Positions 37,530 to 46,156 of a stretch of DNA of 64,000 bases are shown here, one piece after another (the stretch's first letter is position 1; each line of letters begins with the position of its first letter). Below the pieces are notes generated by a model. It was not told the origin of the DNA. It made no database searches and worked only from the letters and a program-made list of their open reading frames with translations. This DNA is from Gracilimonas sp. Its GTDB lineage: Bacteria; Bacteroidota; Rhodothermia; Balneolales; Balneolaceae. The DNA lies in the NCBI RefSeq assembly GCF_014762685.1, contig NZ_JABURM010000006.1:296384-360383 (forward strand). Reading direction: 5' to 3'. The translations under genes were made by a program, and so were the position numbers.

Positions 37530-38209
37530 TACAGTGCTTGATTATAGACGACGAACCCGCCGCCCGGGATATTTTGAAAGCATATATTTCCGACACGCCC
37601 GAAATTGAAATAGCCGGAATTTTCAAGGATGCTCTTGAAGCCAAACAATTTTTGGCTGACAATGAAGCTGATCTCATTTTTTTGGATATCAATATGCCAC
37701 GGCTATCCGGGATCAGCTTTTTAAAAACCTTGAACCACCCGCCAAAAATAATTTTAACCACTGCTTATTCAGAATACGCCCTTGAAGGTTATGAACTGAA
37801 TGTAGTTGATTATCTCCTGAAGCCTTTTTCATTTGAAAGATTTATTAAAGCCGTTGACAAAGCCCGGGAACAATCCGAATACCCGGCCAAAGGACAAGGA
37901 TTCATCACAATTAAGGCAGATGGAAAGCTATATCGTATAAATTTTGAGCAAATTCTATTTGCTGAGAGTCAAGGAGATTATATCACAGTTCATACAGAGG
38001 AAAATAAAATTACTTTCAATGAAACTCTGAAAGATTTTTGTAGTCAACTTCCGAAATCTCAATTTAGCCGGGTCCATAAATCCTATCTCGTGTCACTTCC
38101 AAAAATTGATTACCTGCAAGGAAATATGATTATGCTTGGGAAACATTCCATCCCGGTTGGAAAATCCTATAAAGAATCTTTTCTGCAGAAGTATACTTCT
38201 GGATTATAA
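37526..38209 (+). CDS. LytTR-family response regulator
   Basis: A receiver domain (IIDDEP...DLIFLDINMP) plus a C-terminal LytTR domain (FSRVHKSYLVSL). There is a 4-nt overlap with the kinase gene. Confidence 0.9.
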   Translation: MIQCLIIDDEPAARDILKAYISDTPEIEIAGIFKDALEAKQFLADNEADLIFLDINMPRLSGISFLKTLNHPPKIILTTAYSEYALEGYELNVVDYLLKPFSFERFIKAVDKAREQSEYPAKGQGFITIKADGKLYRINFEQILFAESQGDYITVHTEENKITFNETLKDFCSQLPKSQFSRVHKSYLVSLPKIDYLQGNMIMLGKHSIPVGKSYKESFLQKYTSGL

Positions 38210-38303
38210 TACAATGAACGCTGGATCTGCTATATAAGCTTGCATAAAAAAGGCCACCCCTTCAGGCAGCCCTTAATGATTTAATAGAAATGGTTAAAAG
38301 AAA

Positions 38304-38843
38304 TTATGCTTCTACCGGGGTACTTTCCACTACCTGAACGTTCATGTGCAGTTTCACATTATCGCCAACGACAACGTTCCCGGCTTCAGTTACTGCATTC
38401 CACTTCAAATCAAATTCTTTACGGTTAATAGTTCCGTTGATTTCAAAACCTGCTTTGGTTTGTCCGTATGGATCACCTACGGTTCCACCGTGAGTTACAT
38501 CTAATGTCACTTCTTTGGTTATATCTCGGATGGTAAGATTACCGGTCAGTTTATAATCATCACCGGAAGTGTTTTTGAAAGAAGTGGACTTAAATGTCAT
38601 TTTTGGGAATTTTTCCGTATTGAAAAAATCATCTGACTTTAAATGCGTATCGCGATCACCATTGTTGGTATCAACACTGTCTATGTCTGCTTCAAAAGTG
38701 ACTTTTGCACCCTCAAAGGAATCGCCATCAGTTTCTATCGAACCGTTAAACGAACGAAAATATCCGGTAACTGTTGAAATTACCAAGTGCTTTACTTTGA
38801 ACTGTATTTCAGAGTGTGTGGGGTCTATGTTCCAGGTTGCCAT
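38304..38843 (-). CDS. YceI-family polyisoprenoid-binding protein
   Basis: W.IDP.HSEI.F.VKHL.IS.V.G.F; RD.HLKSDDFF....P...F.S are typical YceI motifs. Confidence 0.88.
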   Translation of the reverse strand: MATWNIDPTHSEIQFKVKHLVISTVTGYFRSFNGSIETDGDSFEGAKVTFEADIDSVDTNNGDRDTHLKSDDFFNTEKFPKMTFKSTSFKNTSGDDYKLTGNLTIRDITKEVTLDVTHGGTVGDPYGQTKAGFEINGTINRKEFDLKWNAVTEAGNVVVGDNVKLHMNVQVVESTPVEA

Positions 38844-39038
38844 AATAATAAATATGATTGATTAATATTAAATAATTTAATGTTAAACTAAATATAACAA
38901 CTTTACTCTTCCTCCCGCAATAGATAATTCCTATTGAAGCAATTACGTTATCCCCTCCAATAATTCGGACATTTTAAAACATGGTTTATACCAAATAATT
39001 TGTATTCTTCCATTAACCCTAAAACCTAATTATCGATT

Positions 39039-39449
39039 ATGTTGAAAAAGTTACTCTCTACCGATATAAGTGCCCTCATTAATACTAATCTCAGCATATT
39101 TATTCTTCGTGTCGGTGCAGGTCTCTTGATCCTGACTCATGGCTGGCCAAAGCTGTTAAAGGTATTTGCCGGTGATTTTTCATTTGGTGACCCTATTGGC
39201 ATTGGGGCTGCTGCTTCACTGATATTGGCTGCATTTGCTGAAGGTATCTGTGGTTTTTTAGTCACTATAGGTCTTGGAACCAGACTGGCTTCTATCGTTT
39301 TATCTATTAATATGTTTGTTGTGGTTTTCTTTGCCCACGCTGCTGATCCTTTCGGCACAAAGGAAAAGGGTCTTTTATTTTTACTGCTGTTTGTGGTTAT
39401 CGCTTTAACCGGTGGCGGCAAATACTCTCTCGACAAAAAACTGGCTTAA
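39039..39449 (+). CDS. DoxX-family membrane protein
   Basis: 136 aa with 4 TM helices and the motif LRV..GLLILTHGW.K. Confidence 0.78.
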   Translation: MLKKLLSTDISALINTNLSIFILRVGAGLLILTHGWPKLLKVFAGDFSFGDPIGIGAAASLILAAFAEGICGFLVTIGLGTRLASIVLSINMFVVVFFAHAADPFGTKEKGLLFLLLFVVIALTGGGKYSLDKKLA

Positions 39450-39520
39450 TCATTAAATCAGCTGGTCTGTGGGCCAGTTGATCATATATTCATACCTTAA
39501 TCCTTCTCCCCTGGAAATTG

Positions 39521-41317
39521 CTACATGGTTTTGAACAATAAGGTAAAAGCAGTTCCTTCTTTAAGGTTTTCAAAGTAATATTCTGATTTCATTTGTTCTG
39601 AAAGCATATCAATAAGCCGTAGGCCCAATGAATTACTTTCTTCGGGATTGAAATTCTCAGGAAGCCCGCTTCCATTGTCAGAAATAGCTAACCTCATAAA
39701 ATCACTTACATCGGTGCGTGAAAGCTCAATTTTAATTTTCCCTTTATCCTTACCCTTAAAAGCATGCTTAAAAATATTGGTAATTACTTCATTTACAACT
39801 AACGAACACGGAAGGGCCCGGCTCACCTCAAGTTCAACCGGCTCACATTGAAAATCTATTTCAACCTTGGTTTTTGATTGAAAACTTTTCTGAATATCCA
39901 GCACCAAAAGCTTAATACGTTCTCCCAATTCTATACTGGAAAAATTACTGGTTTGATAGAGCTGTTCATGAATACTTGCCATAGTATGAATCCGTGCAAC
40001 ACTATCAAATAAGCGCGCCAATACTTCTTCATTCTCCTCATCAGCTGCCTGTAACTGAAGCAGGCCCATGAGTACCGAAAGGTTATTTTTTACCCGGTGA
40101 TGAACTTCTGCCAACAGGGTTTCTTTCTCTTTAAGAGAATCTATAATCTGTTCCTGCTTAATTTGGCGCTCGGTAACATCCCGGGAATTTGAAACATAGC
40201 CCTGAACTGCGGGATCGTTCATCATGTTTGTGATAGTTGCTTCCAGCCATCGCCACTGATCATCCCCATCTAAAAACCGGAATGGTGCTAACTGGGTGCT
40301 TTGCTGCGGAGCTAATTCAGAAAATTGTTTTTGTATTCTTTCTTTATCATCCCTGTGAATAAAATCAAAGGCATTTTTTTCCAGAAAATACTCCGGTGGA
40401 AAACCAAGAACCTTCATTGAAGTAGGGCTTGCAAATTTATAATTCGCCTCTTCATCTAAAATGGCTATCAGGTCCATTCCGTGCCTCACCATTGCACGAA
40501 ACCTTCGGTCATTTAGCGCCACTTCCTCTTCTGCTTTTCTGCGCTCAGTTACATTTTGACTGATTCCATAAAACCGAATGCATTCTCCATTCTTATATTC
40601 CGGTTCTCCCGTAGCCCTGATCCATCGCTCATCTCCTTTTCCGCTTATTATCTTAAGCTCAAGATCAAAAGGGATTTCCTTTTCGATGGCATCTTCAGCA
40701 GCCTTGGCAAAAGTATCCCGATGGAACCCTTCTTTAAACAGCTCAATTGTGCTTTCTACATCTGGCTCATAATCTTTCCCGAACCCATGTACTTCCTTTG
40801 TAACCTCTGACCAATATAACTTATCATTGATCATATCATATTCCCAAGTTCCAATATGAGCAAGTTTGTAGGCTTTATCTAACAGATCTTGTTCTTCTTG
40901 TAATTTAATCCGGGCATAAATGCGCTCTGCTTTGGCGCTAAGGTTATGTGCTACTACTGTCAGAAGTTCCTTCTCTTCTTCAATAAAAGAGCGTTTTTCC
41001 TCGCTGTATATGCGTAAATAAAGAGACTCTCCATTACTCAATTCTGAAGAGGTTTCAATAAACCATTCAGATTCTGAAAAATCAGTATTTTTAAAAGATT
41101 GTCCTGCAATTCTGATAACTGCTGAAACCGCTCCCTGAAACTCCCATACATCAGCAATTAAATCTGCAGCTTTTTGTGCCAAACCCTCAATAGAGTGAGC
41201 GTTCTCGTTTAAATTTGAGATTTCATAAAAAAGGGATGATTGGGTCTTTAATAATTTTTTAACAGCAGCTTCGGAGGTAATGTTATCAACATTCATTAAC
41301 AAAATCTTCTTAGTCAT
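39521..41317 (-). CDS. cytoplasmic multi-PAS sensor histidine kinase (HisKA_2, HATPase_c)
   Basis: H-box EVHHRVKNNLSVLMGLLQLQ, two PAS-like modules (WEYDMINDKLYWS...; RFRAMVRHGMDLIAILD...), ATPase motif ISDNGSGLP, and no TM segment. Confidence 0.85.
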   Translation of the reverse strand: MTKKILLMNVDNITSEAAVKKLLKTQSSLFYEISNLNENAHSIEGLAQKAADLIADVWEFQGAVSAVIRIAGQSFKNTDFSESEWFIETSSELSNGESLYLRIYSEEKRSFIEEEKELLTVVAHNLSAKAERIYARIKLQEEQDLLDKAYKLAHIGTWEYDMINDKLYWSEVTKEVHGFGKDYEPDVESTIELFKEGFHRDTFAKAAEDAIEKEIPFDLELKIISGKGDERWIRATGEPEYKNGECIRFYGISQNVTERRKAEEEVALNDRRFRAMVRHGMDLIAILDEEANYKFASPTSMKVLGFPPEYFLEKNAFDFIHRDDKERIQKQFSELAPQQSTQLAPFRFLDGDDQWRWLEATITNMMNDPAVQGYVSNSRDVTERQIKQEQIIDSLKEKETLLAEVHHRVKNNLSVLMGLLQLQAADEENEEVLARLFDSVARIHTMASIHEQLYQTSNFSSIELGERIKLLVLDIQKSFQSKTKVEIDFQCEPVELEVSRALPCSLVVNEVITNIFKHAFKGKDKGKIKIELSRTDVSDFMRLAISDNGSGLPENFNPEESNSLGLRLIDMLSEQMKSEYYFENLKEGTAFTLLFKTM

Positions 41318-41430
41318 TTAGTTCAACATTGAATAAGGGAATGTAATTAATGAGCTGTAGAGTTTATGTTAGAACAAACTTATGATGTAAGCAGTGATGG
41401 TATAAAATAATCAAGTTAGACCATTACTTC

Positions 41431-42993
41431 CTAAATGTTCTTGTCAAACAACTGTTTCCCTATAACCTTTTCATTTAATCCATACCGAAAACGGCGTTGA
41501 TCTTCAGAATCGGTTTTACGAAGAATGAGTTTGCCTTCCGCTGAAAACTCCATGCTAAACTTTTCATTAATAGATTTAATGGTTTCATTTCTCAGCTTCC
41601 TTCTATAATCATAATTTTCAATTTCAGACCACACCATCTCTTCCAACTCGGACGTTTCTAAAAATGTACCCTCATTCCAAAGTACTTCTATAAGCTTTCG
41701 TTCTGTTCCATTCAACCAGTCTTGCCTGAGCAGCTTATCTTTATCAACATGGTTATTTTCTTTTTTAAGTTGCTCCCAAGGCCGGCTTTTCAGAATCAAA
41801 ATTGCAATAAAAAAAATACCTCCCACTGCAAAAAGGGATCCTATTACAAAGGTTATATTTTCTTCCGAATCGGTTATCAAATTGGTAAGCAACGAATCCT
41901 CAGCTAAGGTCACGATACGAACCGGTAAAGTTCTGGTATTTGTAAGATGATCAAGGCCAACGAGTACTACGCGATTGTTCTTGTCATCAAACAGGTAATT
42001 GGAGATGATAAATTCCCTACTGTCTCCTAATGGAATCTCGAGCGGTTTATATTCCGCTTGTTGTTTAATGTTATATGGCATAAGGAAATAAATACCGGAA
42101 GGGCTGTCTTCTAATTCCACCGGTAAATACCAGTTTCCCGTTTCATCACTATAAAAAGATCCGGAAATAGAATTAACCCTTCCAAATCTACCGGAGCTTG
42201 CCGCTCGATAGTATTTCCAGGATTTACCATCAAGGTCATCTACTTTTTCCCAAGTGGCCGTTCGAAAGCTAAACCTCCAGATATCATTTTTGGCAGTTCT
42301 GATAACATTTTTATCATCCGGGCGACCACCTTTGAATAACGATCCGCCAAAAAAATAAAATTCTTCTTTATCAGACAGATAAGTTCCGGTAAACGGTTGT
42401 CTTTCATATGGGAAATCCGAACTCTTTGATGCGGTAACAATATTCCATTCCTTTATGGAAGAATTAAAAAAAGTGATGATCTCCTTATTTTCCCAAAAGC
42501 CATAGCCGCCAAAGGCATGTAACTCTCCATCATGGAAAAAGGGGAAATGCCCAAATTGGTTCTTATGAGGGAAAGAGCGATCTATCCTTTCCAGATTATA
42601 GTCCTCCATATTGATTTCATACATTGTTCCCACTCCCCGCGACCATAGTAAAAGACGATTTTTAAAAGGGTCAAAACCAAACTCCAGATTAAACATTGAC
42701 TCTGGGTATGAATCATAGTGAGCAAGCAAGGCCCACTGTTTCGATCCGAGCTCATAACACCACAATCCCTCCTTCAGCAACACATATACTCTTCGATTCG
42801 CAGTATCAATATCTGCATAAATTGGATCTCCTTTATGAAAGTAAGGCTGTTCCTGTTTATCTATGGTTTCCTTAGCGGCTGAGTATTGTCCTGGAAAGGC
42901 ATATCCCCGCCACGTGCTGCAGACGAGCAAAAGCACAAATACTCCACTATATAACGTTAATGCTTTACAAGTAACGCTTTTGATCTTACCCAT
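41431..42993 (-). CDS. membrane-anchored regulator: N-terminal extracytoplasmic Kelch-like beta-propeller, 1 TM, C-terminal OmpR/PhoB-type winged-helix-like domain
   Basis: N-terminal signal/anchor, repeated GG...W...W Kelch-like blocks, a TM segment (ITFVIGSLFAVGGIFFIAILIL) followed by K/R, and a C-terminal LNGTERKLIEVLWNEG.FLETSELEEMVWSE...YRRKLRNETIKSINEKF...RFRYGL pattern. The domain calls are by eye. Confidence 0.55.
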   Translation of the reverse strand: MGKIKSVTCKALTLYSGVFVLLLVCSTWRGYAFPGQYSAAKETIDKQEQPYFHKGDPIYADIDTANRRVYVLLKEGLWCYELGSKQWALLAHYDSYPESMFNLEFGFDPFKNRLLLWSRGVGTMYEINMEDYNLERIDRSFPHKNQFGHFPFFHDGELHAFGGYGFWENKEIITFFNSSIKEWNIVTASKSSDFPYERQPFTGTYLSDKEEFYFFGGSLFKGGRPDDKNVIRTAKNDIWRFSFRTATWEKVDDLDGKSWKYYRAASSGRFGRVNSISGSFYSDETGNWYLPVELEDSPSGIYFLMPYNIKQQAEYKPLEIPLGDSREFIISNYLFDDKNNRVVLVGLDHLTNTRTLPVRIVTLAEDSLLTNLITDSEENITFVIGSLFAVGGIFFIAILILKSRPWEQLKKENNHVDKDKLLRQDWLNGTERKLIEVLWNEGTFLETSELEEMVWSEIENYDYRRKLRNETIKSINEKFSMEFSAEGKLILRKTDSEDQRRFRYGLNEKVIGKQLFDKNI

Positions 42994-43100
42994 AACTTAC
43001 TATTCACTTCAGTATATGTGTTAAGATGTGCAAAAATAAGTTTTAACAAAAATAAAATGTAATAATCACAGCTTTCCGAAAATGTTTGCAACCAGTAGAA

Positions 43101-43137
43101 AAGAAAAAGCCCTGTAAGCAAAACAACTTACTGGGCT
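43101..43137 (-). terminator. rho-independent terminator after the beta-helix lipoprotein gene
   Basis: Minus strand: an 11-bp stem AGCCCAGTAAG/CTTACAGGGCT (1 mismatch) followed by TTTTTCTTTT. Confidence 0.75.
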
Positions 43138-43182
43138 TTTAACACTATCAAAGGCTGCGTAATATTGTATCAGACCGTTGGT

Positions 43183-45210
43183 CTAGTACGTGTAATAATC
43201 GGTGTTGTCGTTATTGGCATAGGTTACGTTACTTATGTTTATGATCGCATTTCTGCTTTCTCTGACAATTAACCCATAATTAGCACTGTTCTCGATGGTA
43301 GAATTTGAGATGGAAAGATAAGAATCGCTATGTACTCCTAAATTTCCTGCGGCCATATAGATGTCTAAATCTGTACCTCCTCCATATTCTATTTCAACGT
43401 AATCCATTACATTTTCAACAGAACCCGTCATAACAATAATTCCACCCCAAGCCCCTTTAACTTTAGACCGACCGGTAAATACGATGGGCTCGGTACTGCT
43501 TCCAAGTGCTTTAATTATGCCCGGTCCTGTGTTTGTCGCTACAATAATTTTCACGTCTGTCCCCATTTCAAAAAGAGCTCCTTGCTCAATTGTTACTTCT
43601 TTTTCAATGGTAACAGAACCGGCGAAATAGAAGGTCCCGTTATTCAAGTTACTCCAGGTTTCAGAACCGCTGGCTTCGGTATTGCTTCGGTACACTTCAA
43701 CATCACCGCCATTAAAATTCGTTAGATTGTCAACGAAATCAATTTGAGTGGCATGAATAAGCATATGGGAGTCGGCATTATTATTAAACTCACTGTTTAT
43801 TATGCTAAATTCCGAACCGTTTCTTCTGGTCTGTATTCCATAACCCGCACTTCCGGTAAAAGAAACATGATCTAATATTATTTTGGCCTGATCAATAACC
43901 ATATTCGTTTTATCAAAGTACGTAGCCATGTTGATACTTCCACCATAACTTATCTCCACATGCTTAAAGATATTTTCTACAGAAGATGAGCCTACAAAAA
44001 TACCTCTCCAGGCACCCGGGGTTTTACTCACGCCGGTAAATATAATTTTGTTACTGGCTGTGCCCTCAGCTTTAACTACGGCACTGCTTTGTATTTTGAT
44101 CCCTGCATCTGGACCGAATTCAAAGTTAGCGCCTGCGTCTATCGTAATAACATTTGCAAACTCCACGTTATCCACGATTTGATATTTTGCCCCATTTAGC
44201 GCGGATATAACCATATCACCGGTCGTGCTCCCACCGAATGCCGTTACATATCCCCCATCAAAAGCACTTTGAGAATCAAAATATCCTATTTGGCTTATAT
44301 GTACGTACGCATGCATGTCATCATTATTCTCAAACTGGATACTTTGCATAGGAAATTCCGAACCGCTTCTCCTGGTTTGTATTCCGTAATGCCCGCTGTT
44401 TGAAATAACTACATTTGACAACTGAACTTTGGCCTGATCAATCGTCAGGTTAGCCGGATCAAAATAAGTGCCGGCCGGTGCGCTGCCACCATAACGGATC
44501 TCAGCATGACTAATGCTATTTACAACAGAATTCGAATTGATATTGATTCCTCTCCAAAAACCATTAACCGTTTGGTTTTCGCCAGTAAATACAATCTTCC
44601 CATTCGCCTCGCCATCAGCCACTAAGATGCCATCACCATTAATAGTCAGACCCGTGTTTTCTTGAAAATGAATAACAACATTGGGATCTATTGTTAATTG
44701 TGCACTTACATCAACATCTCCAACCACCAGGTAATCCGGTTCTGAAGGATCAGAAAAAATATCCGTTAGCGTTGAATCCTGATTGATGGAACCACTTAAT
44801 TCCTTTGGCCCCTGACTTGCTGCCGCTGTTACTGATATCGTTATTTGATCATTGTCGCTTACTGATTCCGAAGAATTACTGACCTCCAATGAAACCTCAT
44901 AATCGCCTGCCACATCAGGAGTGAATGTTGTAGTCATCTGAGTTGAGGACAGGATGGCAGCAGTACTGTTTGAGGGTTTATTGGTAAATGACCAATCGAC
45001 ATCGTAGCCAATATTTTGGTTATCTACAGAGTTAGAGGCATCTAATGTAACCTGCTCTCCTGTTTCAGGGGATTGCGGTGAATGGGATATTACGGCATCC
45101 AAGGTAGGGGGTGTATTATTGTTATTGGCTCCCGTACCGCTATTGCTGCAGCCATTAAAGATTAATATGGTCATTAAAAATAAATACGCTGTAACGATTC
45201 TATACTTCAT
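43183..45210 (-). CDS. surface/secreted lipoprotein: PKD-like domain plus about 2.5 copies of a roughly 190-aa parallel-beta-helix-like repeat
   Basis: Lipobox FNGC and a PKD-like segment (DASNS.D......DW.F...P..S...........F.PDVAGDYEV.LEVSN). The internal repeats share I(V/I)FTG...G(A/F)W(R/G)GI...VE(I)(S/R/E)YGG...YGIQTRR(S/N)GSEF. Confidence 0.7.
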   Translation of the reverse strand: MKYRIVTAYLFLMTILIFNGCSNSGTGANNNNTPPTLDAVISHSPQSPETGEQVTLDASNSVDNQNIGYDVDWSFTNKPSNSTAAILSSTQMTTTFTPDVAGDYEVSLEVSNSSESVSDNDQITISVTAAASQGPKELSGSINQDSTLTDIFSDPSEPDYLVVGDVDVSAQLTIDPNVVIHFQENTGLTINGDGILVADGEANGKIVFTGENQTVNGFWRGININSNSVVNSISHAEIRYGGSAPAGTYFDPANLTIDQAKVQLSNVVISNSGHYGIQTRRSGSEFPMQSIQFENNDDMHAYVHISQIGYFDSQSAFDGGYVTAFGGSTTGDMVISALNGAKYQIVDNVEFANVITIDAGANFEFGPDAGIKIQSSAVVKAEGTASNKIIFTGVSKTPGAWRGIFVGSSSVENIFKHVEISYGGSINMATYFDKTNMVIDQAKIILDHVSFTGSAGYGIQTRRNGSEFSIINSEFNNNADSHMLIHATQIDFVDNLTNFNGGDVEVYRSNTEASGSETWSNLNNGTFYFAGSVTIEKEVTIEQGALFEMGTDVKIIVATNTGPGIIKALGSSTEPIVFTGRSKVKGAWGGIIVMTGSVENVMDYVEIEYGGGTDLDIYMAAGNLGVHSDSYLSISNSTIENSANYGLIVRESRNAIINISNVTYANNDNTDYYTY

Positions 45211-45640
45211 ACTCTGGATTAGTTTTGATTTAATTTGACTTGAGAAGGCCTATAGGACTATTCAATAAAGCCCCGAAAATTCAGTGGTCTTGATGAAATA
45301 TGTTTCCTTATAGTTATACTCTCAGTTTATACTACGTAGTATGAAGCGGAATGAGGTCAAAATATTTTGACACGGAAAGAGCAGAGAGTGTGTCAGTAGA
45401 TGTAGAGACCAACAGAAAAAAAGCCACCAGTTAATAACCATTGGCTTAAAAGTACATACGGGGAAGGGAAATGAAAGATTTGTTTGCCGATAATTGGTTT
45501 ACATTAGCAGATAGTTACTAAATCCAACATGTCCATTAATACCCAATTAGTTGTCCGTTATTTTCCTCTCAAAAATTACTCTTTCAAATCAGATACAATA
45601 AAAGCTTTGGTTTTAGCCGTTCAGCGCCTATTTTAAATAT

Positions 45641-46081
45641 GTGATAAATTTACTTCGAAATTTCGCATTTAAACAAACAGCCAGGCTACTGATCGTGGCC
45701 AGCGTACTGTGCGTTTTATTTGGAAATGGTGTCCATGTTCATGGCCTATTTGATCACGTGTTTGACCATGGCGATGTCCATGCCTTTGTGCATTCCCATT
45801 CAGATGATCAGGATCAAAACCACAGTCACGCGGAAGCAGTTGACGATAAGGACGCACACCAACATCCAACGGCTACCATTGACCTGACAGGAACACTAAC
45901 TCAGAAGACTACAAATAAAGCTTCCACAAAATCTGATCTATTTTCTTCTCCAGAGATTTTGAGCAACTATTCGATCTCTCAAACTCCGATCCTGCTTTAT
46001 TTAGATCTGCCGCCGCCGGATCATCTATATCAGTCCAATCCTTTCTCTTCTTATTCTCTTCGCGGCCCACCCTTGGGATAA
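45641..46081 (+). CDS. hypothetical His-rich membrane-anchored protein upstream of the efflux operon
   Basis: GTG start and one N-terminal TM (LLIVASVLCVLF), then HVHGLFDHVFDHGDVHAFVHSHSDDQDQNHSHAE...HQH. The C-terminus ends in LRGPPLG. It is co-directional with the OMF gene and 76 nt upstream of it. Confidence 0.45.
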   Translation: MINLLRNFAFKQTARLLIVASVLCVLFGNGVHVHGLFDHVFDHGDVHAFVHSHSDDQDQNHSHAEAVDDKDAHQHPTATIDLTGTLTQKTTNKASTKSDLFSSPEILSNYSISQTPILLYLDLPPPDHLYQSNPFSSYSLRGPPLG

Positions 46082-46156
46082 ATCTATCCCTTTGCCAGAT
46101 AGCATCTCTAATCCGCTATCTCAATAGCATTCTATAACCATTAATACATTCTATTT

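Noticed and set aside
45329-45342. A perfect 14-bp palindrome ATACTACGTAGTAT in the 430-bp region upstream of the metal-efflux operon, considered as a possible operator.
   Set aside because: About four perfect 14-bp palindromes are expected by chance in 64 kb (64000/4^7). No regulator gene is linked, and it lies about 300 nt from the first operon ORF. It is not significant on its own.
45416-45447. A minus-strand hairpin (AAGCCA...TGGCTT) followed by a T-run, considered as a possible sRNA terminator.
   Set aside because: The stem is only 6 bp with a 15-nt loop. No upstream minus-strand ORF or conserved structure is visible, so the support is too weak.
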